A program made the position numbers and the translations under genes. A DNA stretch of 64,000 nucleotides from Camelus dromedarius. Taxonomy: Eukaryota. This document shows, piece after piece, positions 53,317 through 64,000 of the stretch. The stretch is from assembly GCF_036321535.1 (NCBI RefSeq), contig NC_087447.1, forward strand, positions 36,954,001-37,018,000, in the 5' to 3' direction. Under the pieces are notes generated by a model. It did not search any database. It had not been told where the DNA came from and was given only the letters and a program-made list of their open reading frames with translations. Within the stretch, counting starts at the first letter, position 1. Each line of letters starts with the position of its first letter.

Positions 53317-54442
53317 GTCTTAATTGTTTCGTAAAGTGTGAGACAGATTAAGTTTTCCCTGATTTTTCATGAACTTGAGTTTTTTGTCGTTATTGTTATT
53401 GTTGTTGTTGTTGTTTTTAATTTAGGTGAAGACATATTAAATATGAGACACCAGGACTTGAAAACTTATCTCAACCCATAGCTGTCTTACAAGTCTTATA
53501 TTTTTTGTCTTACTTTTTTTTTTTTTTCTTTTGGATGTTGATAAAGGTTTAAGTTACTGTTTTAGATGGGGTTAAACATTCTCACTCAGGTATGCTGTGC
53601 CGGCCTACAGGTTGTGAATGTGTTTTTATTCTGAATTATTTTAGAAAACAACTGAGGATTTCATATTGTGAAACAGAACAAGTCCACGGCGTGTGCAGCT
53701 GCATGTAGAGCATATTCAAAAGGCCTCGGAATTCCATTTGTCCACGTGTAGAGTGAAACTTTGAATGTGCCAAACTTTTTCATAACTTTTGAATCTTAAT
53801 ATTTTGAAAGTCTTAAAGGAGACACTGCAAAGTCTTAGACAATCTTTGGCATCTTAAAATAAAATAGCAAACCACACTTTTTTTTTCCAGAAAATGGTAA
53901 AGTACTCAGGAATCTGGAGACAAGATATTGTAAGGAATGAACAAGGTTGCCACAGTGCGTGTACCCAATTGTGTTTGCCTCTTGACGCGCCATCAGTGTG
54001 TGACATGATATGACGGCCACACACCAGAGCGATCACCACACCAGATACCGACACGGTGGTCTTCTCTGCCTGAGACCACCTCTCACTACATCCATTATCC
54101 CTTTGCCTTTAACCCTGACATTCAGTCTTAACACATTTTTCTCTTAAATAATTTATTCATTCCAGAATGTCACGGGTCCACTTACTATTTATTTTAAAAA
54201 AAATTTGTTGGTGGCATTAATTTAATAATTCTTGTTTTTCACCCTCCTTCCCCAAATAACTTTTCAGCCATTTTCACCTCCTTCTCCTGCTAGATACAAA
54301 AGATGTACATAGTAATTTTATGTCCCCAGATCATCTGGAAGCATTTCTGAAACAAGTTACTACTAAATACCTATATTGTTTTTGAACATCCTTGTATATA
54401 TGGCTACAGAGCTGTGTATCTGGATACAGGTGTAGAGTCTTA
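53317..54442 (+). promoter_or_regulatory. Cluster of miR-499-5p/miR-208 family seed matches in the proximal 3'UTR
   Basis: GTCTTA cores at 53317 (GTCTTAA), 53484, 53492 (AGTCTTA), 53507, 53809 (AGTCTTAA 8mer), 53831 (AGTCTTA), 54124 (AGTCTTAA 8mer) and 54436 (AGTCTTA). SOX6 is an established target of the MyomiRs miR-499/miR-208b. Confidence 0.85.
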
Positions 54443-56980
54443 CACTTTAACAGATATGCCCCTGAGGTTCGCCTTGACCTTGAATCTTTTGCCAGAATTG
54501 CCCCTTAATTCAATTAAGCAACAAGTGGTAGGATCTGCATCAGTGGCATTCGTCCTGAATGCCACTCAGCAGCAAGAGTCAACAGTGGTGACTGCCAGGC
54601 AGGAGAGTCCTGCACCCAATCTTAAAGCCCAAAGTTGCGGGCCATGTAGGAGTCAACAGTGGTGCCGTCATGGGCTGGCACCTTTACACTGAGCTGCCTT
54701 GTCCCATCTGGCACATCTAGGGAGTGCTTTGCAAAATCCCCAGGAGGCAAGAAGCCACATGACAGCCTCAAAGCAAAGATAGAGGCAAATAGTCATGATA
54801 CCTGGAGAATGAAAGAAAACTGCAGGGAAGGAGAAGGAGGGGAAATACATTCCCCATATGGGCTGTTCCTACTCTTAACCCTGGGGAACAGATCACTCCT
54901 GGGGCAGCAGACAGTGCCTCTGGCTTGCTCCCTCCATCTGTGGCCACATGGGGATCATGCCTACGTGTGAACAAGGTTAACTGCACTTGTCACACAGGGG
55001 CTTCTCTGGAGAGGCACTGATGGGCTGGGAGGCAGTGAGGTTTTGTCCCCAATCTCCTAACTACAGGGAGCTCGGCTGTGCCATTTTGACCTTCCTGAAA
55101 CCAGGACTGATTGCCTGTGGGGCGGGGGGTGGCCTCAGCCAGAGTAGCTCAATGGGAGGATGTCAGAAAATAGGACAGTTCACCTCATGGGACAACCAGA
55201 ATCTGATCACAGGACACAGGAACAGCCCCATCAGAGTTCTTGAGCCATTTTGTCACTTGGAAGAGAACAGTATACCTTCATATTTATTTGAGTGCTCAAG
55301 GCCATACCTAATAGCAATAAATAGGTCTCGCCAAGACATTATTGTCCATGTCATTAGCTGGGAGTGCTCTCTATAAGCTGATTAAGGTACTGATAGGAAT
55401 GTTTGGTTCTTAATATTGGTTGGGGATTGGAACTTTGTTTTTGTACATTGTATTTCAAATGAGGAGGAGGTCATTTTTTCTGAAAAAAAACTATTTATTA
55501 TTGTCTTACCGATTTCTTTCGATTACATACCTCTCCTCCTCAGTTCATTCTCATGTTTCTTCCTCTTTCTCTTTGACTCTGCTTTGCCCTCTCCCCCTCC
55601 TTTTTTATTTCGTTGCATAGGTAGAGCGCTGCATGGCTAGCATTGTATTGTATGTAATTAATTTTGCACAAAGGCAAACATTTAGAATGGTAGGGTAATT
55701 CTGTTTGTTTTTATGACCATGCCAAAATAATATTCTGGGCTGGTGGAGAACAAAGGACTGTTCTTTAGGACTGAAACTTGATTTTGCTTGTAGTAAAAAA
55801 GAAAAGAAAAGAAACAAAAAAAAGAAAACAAAAAAAACAACAAAAAACACACACACTCACAGATGTTGTTTCGTAAGTGTTATAAGCACTGGATATAAAT
55901 GGTATTTTTTATCACTTCTGACTAATGTGAAGCTGTTGTACGAAAACTACATGAACAAAAGTCATCTGTTTCGACTCGTGTGGGCTTGCCTCACAGTTGC
56001 CGGATTTGAGTCATTTTTATGTCTTGTTATTTCATTTATTTATGCAAAATACATGTGTGTATGAACACTTTGTTTTAGCTCCAGCTCTGCCTCAGTACTG
56101 GGGTTCAGTTACTTCTAGCCATGTTCTTAAAAATGAAAGGCTATTCAGGAATGATCTGATTGTAAACGTCTCTTTCATTGGGTCAAACAGTGATGCTGTA
56201 TTTGAATCTAAATTCTGCACATAAGCAGTTTATTCTACTTATTAGCCAAGTTTGGCTCTAAATACCGTGGAAATTAAGAATGACAATCATAGGGATCACT
56301 TCGTTTTATTTTCAGTGGGGCTTAAACAAAGTTTTTATGAATTTACCATCTCATTTTAGATTTTTCTAATTGTGTAAATATAACATAGAAATAGACTTTA
56401 TTTTTGGTTCATGAATACTTAGTGAAATGTAAGTTATGTATTTCCTTTTTGTTCTCTATCCATACATGTTGGTCCAGACTAGAAGCTGATGAGTCACTGT
56501 ACCTCACAGGGTAGTGAATTATCAGCCACAGTGAGAGAGCAGAGTCCCACCCGTAGCTGGAGCAGGAAAACCCTTCACTCGGGTTCTCATAAAGCTTAGA
56601 ACCCACTGTCCACAGACTCAGACTTTCACTTTTTTTTCCCTTAGAGAAAGTTGATGGATTCAACATGGTGAATTTCCAGTACATCTGGGAGAGAGTCAGT
56701 TTGCTTTGTGAATCCACATAAATCTTATAAGGTAGTTCTGTGACCATCTAAGAGCAGGAAGGCTGAATGTCATTATAAAGGTAAAAATCTGCCTGAGATT
56801 GGCCATTAATAAAAGTCCCACCATCCCAATTATATTAAAGAATGTTCATCAATTTTTTTTCAGTGCCCCCTATTTCATAGTATCTTCAAATCAAAGGTAA
56901 AAATTATGTCCATTTTATTAAAGAACTTGCAGGATCAGGATTTTCCTTGTTACTTAGAATAGGGACACTGGCAGACAATC
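53838..56980 (+). promoter_or_regulatory. Three miR-219-5p seed matches in the 3'UTR
   Basis: GACAATC at 53838-53844, GACAATCA (8mer) at 56282-56289 and GACAATC at 56974-56980. miR-219 repression of Sox6 in oligodendrocytes is established. Confidence 0.75.
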
Positions 56981-57013
56981 CTGTCCTAAAAAAAATGGAC
57001 CCTATGCAATAGG

Positions 57014-57122
57014 ATGGAAGGAAGGAAGGAAGAAAAGAGAGAAAAGAAAGAAAAAGAAAGAAAGAAAAGAAAGGAGGAAGGAAAGAAAGAAAGAGAAAGA
57101 GGGAGGGAGAGAGAAAGAAAAG
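57014..57122. repeat. Purine-rich (GGAA/GAAA)n repeat within the 3'UTR
   Basis: ggaaggaaggaaggaagaaaagagagaaaagaaagaaaaagaaagaaag... Confidence 0.9.
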
Positions 57123-59644
57123 GTCAGTCTGTGGACAGTAGCAGCCAGGCAGGCAGTTTCTCTATTTCATTGGCAGATGTGATGCAGTATCTTTTCCAGG
57201 AAGATACGAAAGCTTTGTTGTTTCCATGTATATTCAGCTCGCCCTTTTAGGAGCACATCAGTTTGCTTCATTTGTTATTTGATACTCCCCAGCCTTGTCC
57301 TCAGGCCTGATTTGATTTGCCAGGGTCCTGACACGGGCCCTCAGGCCAAGTTCTAAATTCAGGTGTGGGCTAGCAGTGCTGCTGAGCCAACTCTGGCCTC
57401 CCCTGAACATCGGCCCCACTGGAGCCTGGGTGTTTGAAAAGGGTGTGATCACTCGAGGGCTGAAATTAAAGGCTCCTTTCTTTTCCTTGCGAAGCCAGGC
57501 TGCTGCTCCAGAGCACACCCTCCTGAGCGAGCGGGGAGCACAGGCACCAGCTGAAAGCAAGGATTGTTCCGAGGAGACCCGTCTACCCCCAGTAGGAAGG
57601 CAGCCTGGTCACTTGAACATCATAGCTGAGGCTGCTTCTCTCGGTTTACTCATTTTGCAAAGAGGTGACCTCTACCTACTCATTTAGGGAAAAGAAAAAG
57701 AATCAGTTAGTAGTTTTAAACCATATGAGAAGTCCTGTACCAAGTGCCAACAACTGCAAAGAATGCAGCTAGGGGAATGTACTGAAATTATGACTGGGTC
57801 TTCCTTTTTAATGAGAAAATGACGAAAAATTGGTTGCTGTAGCCTGATTTTGTACATGTTTGTCTAAGGACTGAGTTGGCACTTAAGCTCACTTCTCAAA
57901 GTATAATCATATTGTATGACCTCATTTGTCCTTTTACAAAAGCACTTGCATCATTTCCTTAAGTCATCTGCCCCCTGTCTTGTTTTCTTCCTGAATAAAC
58001 AACTTCTCTCTGTTATTCCTTATGCTTATGTTCTGTTTCTGATGCCATATACTCTTGAGCGTAACCTCCTGCTAACATCACTGAAATTGATATGCAGACG
58101 CATTTCCTTTTCGTCCCCATCCCATCTTTTCCTTTGGGGACAGATTTCTTTCCAAAAGCTCATGAACAAGTATTCAGAACGCTGGCACCTTTGGGGCGGG
58201 GCTCGAGGTGGGTGGGGGAGGGGTGGAAAGGTAACGCTCTTCTAACTTGGAGCTACTCTTCTGGTTGGCGTCCCTGGCAGTATGAAAGCTTGAAGGCAAC
58301 TCAGTGACGTATCTTGCTCAGTAGTTTCTTATTCCTGAAGAACCACAAGCATCATAAAGTGAGGCCTCAGTGCTGGTGCTCTTGGAGTATGGGGAATGTG
58401 CAAATATTTAACTGTTTGTATGCTGCACATTGCAGATCTGCTCATGTGCATTCTCCGTTTGTCTTCCTTTGTCATATGTGTCTTTGCTTTTTCTGAAAGT
58501 GCAGTCTTTGTTGTACCCTTCTCCAGCTCGTAGCAAATTAGAATGCTTAGCATTTATGTTCATTCATTATTGTATTTGCCATGTAAAATTTTTATTACCT
58601 TAGACAAGCTTATAAGCTGTTACTACATAACTTATCTTACTGTAACTCTTTTTATTTCCTGACATTGTAATTTGTTTGTGATGTATATTGTGAGATTGTA
58701 TTCTATGTTAATTTAATCAGCACAATTCACTGACATGCTGGACTGACATGCTGGCTGCTGTTTCAAAGTGTAAAGTTCGTGTAGGGCTGTTGGGGCAACT
58801 ACAACTCTGTTGTCAAGGTACTGTGCTGGTTCCTCTAGCAACGCTGCGGGTGCGCGGCCCTTGGGACACTGAGGGCATTTCATACGCCCTTGAGCAAATT
58901 TTAGCTGCAGATTTTCTTTGTAGAAATTCTATGTATAACGCAGGTACCTACTTGGCCCATGGCTGGTAACTATTTGGGCAATTAGAAAAAAAAAAAAAAC
59001 AGAAACCATAAAAACTAGTGTCTATTGCTGCTTTGAATATGTTTGAAAGTCTGAAAATGTAAATAGTTTATCAAAAAAAAATCTTGTACAGTCCAGTGTA
59101 AAGTTTTTAAATGACCTTAAGGGTTGCCATCACATCTTTCTCACACTCTCCTCTTAATAATGGAAAAAAAGTTTGCTAAGGATTAAAGAAATGAAAAAAA
59201 AAAGGATCTCTTCAAATTTAAAGGAATGAATCATTGTTCTTAGCTTTGTTGCATACACAGACTTCTTGGATTTCGTTGTGCAGTATTGATGTGAGATAAA
59301 GCTCAACATTGAATAATCTTTCAGTGGTACTTTTCAAAGTCTTCCCCTCCTCTGCCTCATAATTAAGGGAAAAGACAAAATCGAAAGACACACTGTCTTT
59401 ATCTATCCTGGTGTATGTTGGCACCTTAGCTACTTTTTTTTTTTCCTTTTTGCACAAGGTGCTTTCCTGATGTGTTAAACATGCCATCTTTGGGTGATAA
59501 TGTATATGCCATGATGGGGCCCAGGCCCCTCAGGGGAGTGTCTATAAGAACTGCCTATTTATGCTCATTTACCTCAAGACTGTCCTCTCTACCCTAATCT
59601 AGTCGTCATCACTCCATCTTTTGTACTGCTGTTGACACTTACAA

Positions 59645-59650
59645 ATTAAA
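59645..59650 (+). terminator. Probable distal polyadenylation signal (ATTAAA)
   Basis: ATTAAA with an upstream TGTA (59622) and downstream U/GU-rich sequence (ttttgttttatgatctctgtgtacggccttgtctgtg). Composition shifts to GC-rich right afterwards. Confidence 0.6.
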
Positions 59651-60569
59651 GATAAATTTTGTTTTATGATCTCTGTGTACGGCCTTGTCTGTGCCCTGCA
59701 AACTGTTACCCCCTGGAGCCCATTCATCTCTGGGCTTGTGCCCCCAGCCCAGGCCCCCCGCCGCTCCCCGCTGTTGCATCTGCCTTGCTGGGAGGTAAGT
59801 CTCGGAAGCCCGCAACCCCCTTAGCCTGGAGGACTTGCCTGCTTTTTTCATTGTGGCGCATACACTGCTGCAGCAGGAAATGCTTGCGGATTTAGACGGT
59901 AGGAACAGGCTCCAAGGTGGATTTTGGTCAAGAGAAGATGAGAAAGACTGTCACTTCCTATTTGCCTGACTTCTTCATGAGAGTGAAACAGTTTATAAGA
60001 GTTCCCAGCATTCCCTGTATGAACAAATCTCAAGGGCCAACCTCTCATCTGACACCAACTTCTCCAAGCCTCGCAGCAAGAGTGGAAAAGGCCGCACTTC
60101 TGGAACCAGCGCCTCCACTGCAGTTGGGAGCGGAGGGCTGACTTCTCAGCTGCTGCTGCCTCACAGGAGGGGTGCTCCCGTCTCACCCAGCCCTCAGTTG
60201 GCTGAGGAGGAGCGAATGATATAAGCCTCTAAGGGTCTGAGGGCTGGCAGTGGGGTTGCAGCCCGAAGTGAGGCAGGCCCTTAAAGGAGACCGGCCAACC
60301 CATCAAGCCAATGCTGTGGATTCCAGAGGTTAGTGACCAACACCTGGAGAAGGAGACAGAGGGCTCGGGGAGCTAGAGGGGGTGCTTAGCAACTTCTTCT
60401 TTGGCATTTCCTGTGAAAAATGCCTCACTAGAGAAAAGCTGAGGGTTTGTGGAACTCTTCCTTATCACAGTCAAATTGTATGTTTGCTGCAAACCATTGT
60501 AAGTCCTGAAAACCTAGCTTTCCAAGGCCCTCCCTTCTGCCCCGGGGGGTTTTGAGCACAGGGCGGAGT

Positions 60570-60725
60570 CACACCGACCTGGCTCTGCCAGTTGCCAGCT
60601 CTGTGACCTTCCCTGAGGAACTCCTCTGAGTTTTCTTCTCTATAAAATGGGTAATAGTCCCTGCCTCTCAAGGTTATTGGGGGAGTTAAATGAAGTGGCA
60701 CATGTAAAACACCTCGAGCACACAA
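60570..60725 (+). mobile_element. MIR fragment
   Basis: ggctctgccagttgccagctctgtgacctt...ctctgagttttcttctctataaaatgggtaatag...ttaaatgaagtggcacatgtaaaacacct. Confidence 0.8.
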
Positions 60726-60864
60726 GTGAAGCCTGCCTCCTCTGATCAGAGAATGTCTCAGCTGGGGGAGAGCCGTGGTGCCACTGGCTGAGGCTTAGTT
60801 CAGAACCTGGTCCCGTCTGGGATTCCCCTTCCTCCCTCGAGCTGGTCTCCAGGCCACACGTTTC

Positions 60865-61432
60865 TCATTTCCAGTCCATCCTCACCACTGCCTTTGATCT
60901 TCTTTCTAAAGCACAGGTCTGATCTGTCCTCCCTCTCTTATCCTCTCCTAAAGTCTTCTGGCTTTCCACAGCTGACCAGACTTCCTCTCCTGACAGTCAA
61001 GTGTCAGCAGACCGGACAGCCTCATTTTCCCCTGTGCCCACGTGGACATGGCCTCAACCTCATTGCTTCTCTCACACCCCTCAGCCTGCCCATGACCGTG
61101 GGGACTTCACTTCTCCTCATGCTTAGAGTAAACCTGTCCCCTTTTCTGTTTGGGAAATTTCCTTTCCTCTTTTAAACTCCACCCCAGATATCACAACCTT
61201 ATCAGGCCTTTCCCAGCAGCCCAGACAGTGTCAGGCTCTCCCTCGCGGCTCCCATGACACTTTGGAAGGACCTCTGTGACCACATTTGCCACATTGTAAT
61301 AATCTGTTTCTGTGTCTGTCTTTTCTGCTAGATAACGAGTTACCAAAACCAAGGACTGTGCCTTGGTCCTCCCAGCTGCCAGCACAGTGCATGGCATAGA
61401 GTAAGTGTTCAATACTTGTTTACAGAATGAAT
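60865..61432 (+). mobile_element. L2 fragments
   Basis: tgatcttctttctaaagcacaggtctgatc...agcacagtgcatggcatagagtaagtgttcaatacttgtttacagaatgaatg. Confidence 0.75.
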
Positions 61433-62289
61433 GTGTTCATGGCAGCAACTAGGCCTCCATGTGTGGTACTGATGGCAGCAAGTATCAGGGTCTTAGATGA
61501 TGGGGATGAGGGAGCCTATAGGGGTACCTTGGTGTTATTTCATCTGGAAAACAGTTTTATTTGAAACATCTCTGTTCAGGGGGAGCCATTTGAACCCTGA
61601 TTATCACCGGGAGTCCTGGGCTGTATCACTGTGGGAACACTGAGGCATCTAGGGACGGTGGCCTTTGGCAGCTCCAATACCGTCATCCCCTCCTCTGGCT
61701 GGGCCTGCTGCCTGGCCCTGACTGAGGGCCCATGAGAGACCTGGCCGATAGGGTGACTCTCTTAAGAGCTTGTTCTATAATCCCTCTGTCCATTGTCCAC
61801 CTACCCAATTTTTGTATTTTGGCACCAGGATGAGTGGCCATTGAGCAGATCAACAAGGAGCTGTGTAGGTTCTGGGGCACCTTTTCTAACTCTGGAAGTG
61901 AGAGACAGAGTGAGATGCCCAGTGAACGGAGTAATCAGGGGAAGGGTCTGATCACATGTCATCCTGGCAGTAGGGCTCCTAGGACCCCATGTGAATTGTT
62001 CATCCACCAGGCTTCATATAAACTCATCGCCTGGTGGGCAACCCTGATCCTGCCCCCTTTCCCATCAGTCAGTAAGGACTGTGAGCTCTGTCTCTGCTCC
62101 CTCTTCCACTCCCACTCTATCCCCTCCTTACTGCTCCCTATGAGGGTCTTCCCCTCACGGAATCAGTCATGGTGTAACACCCAACACAAAGCCTAAGCTG
62201 TCTGCATTTCCACAGGGTCCTTCCCGGTGAGCGCAGGCTAGGATCTCACTTTCCAATCCACACGCCATCACGGTCCTGATGCATGCGCA

Positions 62290-62600
62290 CTGCCCCTTAC
62301 CTGTACGCTCCACGCCTTGGAATGTCCCTCTCTCACTTCTCCTGTCACCGTCACCTCCCATACTTCAAAGTCCAGCCCAAATGTCACCTCTTGTGGGAAA
62401 CCTTCTCTCAATATTCCTCTCTTATCCAGAAAATGTGAACTGCACTGAAGTGATCTGGTTGCATTTGTCACGTCATGTTGTGTCATGGGAATCTCATCAA
62501 TTCCTGTGTCACATTCACTTTTTTTTAATCTGACAGTCCTGGCACATACTAGGTGCTCAACACGTGTGTATTATTAAAACAATGGAAAAAATAAAGGAAT
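62290..62600 (+). mobile_element. L2 3' fragment
   Basis: ttcaaagtccagcccaaatgtcacctcttgtgggaaaccttctct...cctggcacatactaggtgctcaa. Confidence 0.75.
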
Positions 62601-64000
62601 GAACTCTTTATCCTTGAATTCAAAGTCCTCTATACTCTGCCACTGGCTTTTTTTTTTTTTTTTTTTTTTTTTTTTTCTGGCCTATTCTCCTAACTCCACG
62701 GCTTCTAGCTCTCGTCATACATCAGGCTATTTATTTGTAATGTGTACTCCCACTTCTTTGGACTTTTGGTCACTCATGTCCCCTGTTAAATTGCCCTCCC
62801 CTATATCTTTCAGTCAGCATCTTTCTTTTAAGGGTCCACTCCAGGTGCATCTCCTTCAATAACCTCTGCGAAGTCCTGAGTCGGCTATATACAGAAACTT
62901 TACTAAAGGTTTCGTTTGACCTTTAACAACGGCTCTGAATATTAGGTATCATCTTCCCTGTTTCACAGAAGAAACAGAACCTGGGAGAAATCAAGTCTCT
63001 TGGTCAGGGTCTCTCAGGGAGTCAGAAGGTGGTCTTCTGCCTAGGTGAACTGCTCTCAGATTTCTCCAGCTCAAATTGAATCTCTCCCCACCGAGTTCAG
63101 AGTTCCTCAACCTTTTTGTTTTTTCACTGTCACCACTGCAGGAGACTTTTTAGACACTTTTCCCCCAAATAGTCTTCTACTACCCAAGAAATTTAAACAT
63201 GACAAGTATACTACATGCTTATGCACTCTATGTTTGTGCTTTATTCATAAAAAGAAGAAAGATTTTTCACCTTCGAAACTAATGTTGTCACTAATCAGCA
63301 AAATACGAGTCTATCCCTTTTGGTAATGTTCTACCTGTATTGCTATGTCTGTCAACACTGCTATTATCAATATAACAAGAGATGTTTTAAAGTGGCAATA
63401 ATCAGTTCTAGGAACCATACAGTGTATTTTTAAATTAGCATTCTTCAGCCTTGGGAAATAATAGTTTGATGTTCTATTAGTCCATAATAAGACCTATATT
63501 ATCAGTTAAACCCAAAAAGTTATAGATTGAGAAAAACAATGTCAACCCTCAAAGAATCTGTTAAATTTCTGACTTTGCATTAACATTAATCAGGTAGCAG
63601 ATATTATTATACATAGTCAAGCCAGATCTAAAGAAGCAAGGATATTTAGCACATTCTTTTATTTGAATCATATTTATAATTCTATTTTAAAGTATTATTA
63701 CATGTTAATTTTAATAAAAACTCTGTTACAAGTGTCATTATATCAAAAGAATAAATGAGCTGGATCCTTATCATGAAATGCAAAGTGTAGAATTTAGATA
63801 TATTTTTGGAAATTAAAGAAGCACTGATCTTATTGATGAATGACCCAGGCAGGTCGGAAAGTTAGGACAAAACAAACAAATAATTATATGATCACAAAGA
63901 ATAATTAGGATCCAGATCCACGGATGAGCCAATTGTTCATTCTTCATGATATGACATTATATTGCCCTGATTCACCCTTGAGTTACAATACATTTCATTG

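Larger units (their letters stand above)
53202..59670 (+). other. SOX6: SOX6 long 3'UTR (about 6.4 kb; end inferred)
   Basis: Follows the stop codon. No interspersed repeats recognised until about 60.5 kb. AU-rich blocks and many miRNA seeds. Candidate poly(A) signal ATTAAA at 59645. SOX6 is known to have a multi-kb 3'UTR. Confidence 0.75.

Noticed and set aside
57014..57250. Lys/Glu/Arg-rich 78-aa ORF
   Set aside because: Translation of a (GAAA/GGAA)n simple repeat in the 3'UTR.
60100..60130. Possible CTCF site downstream of the gene (also about 44785)
   Set aside because: Only the GGCGC/GG-rich half matches; the CCASYAG half does not.

Overview
Mammalian genomic DNA (AT-rich, rich in MIR/L2/L1 repeats, with no Alu, B1/B2, Bov-A/BovB or PRE-1 recognised). 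It contains the 3' part of SOX6 (SoxD HMG-box transcription factor) on the + strand. The last four coding exons (15823-15931, 41005-41238, 43824-44040, 52898-53201) all have GT-AG boundaries and join in frame to give 287 aa plus stop, including the whole HMG box. A 3'UTR of about 6.4 kb follows, carrying dense miR-499/208 and miR-219 seed sites. Bases 1-15822 are intron and the region after about 59.7 kb is downstream flank. The rest is ancient repeats (an MLT1 solo LTR with intact TSD, a 5 kb decayed L1M with a nested L1, L2, MIR, CR1/L3) plus two young L1-type 3'-end insertions with perfect 15-bp TSDs. From memory those resemble camelid/cetartiodactyl elements; this is unverified. I found no prokaryotic, CRISPR-like or clearly novel multi-gene system. 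The best leads are regulatory: a candidate 59-nt poison exon inside the HMG-box intron, an unusually extended miR-499 pairing site abutting a miR-219 site, an in-frame alternative acceptor, and repeat-free enhancer-like blocks. Repeat boundaries and subfamily names are approximate, made by eye.
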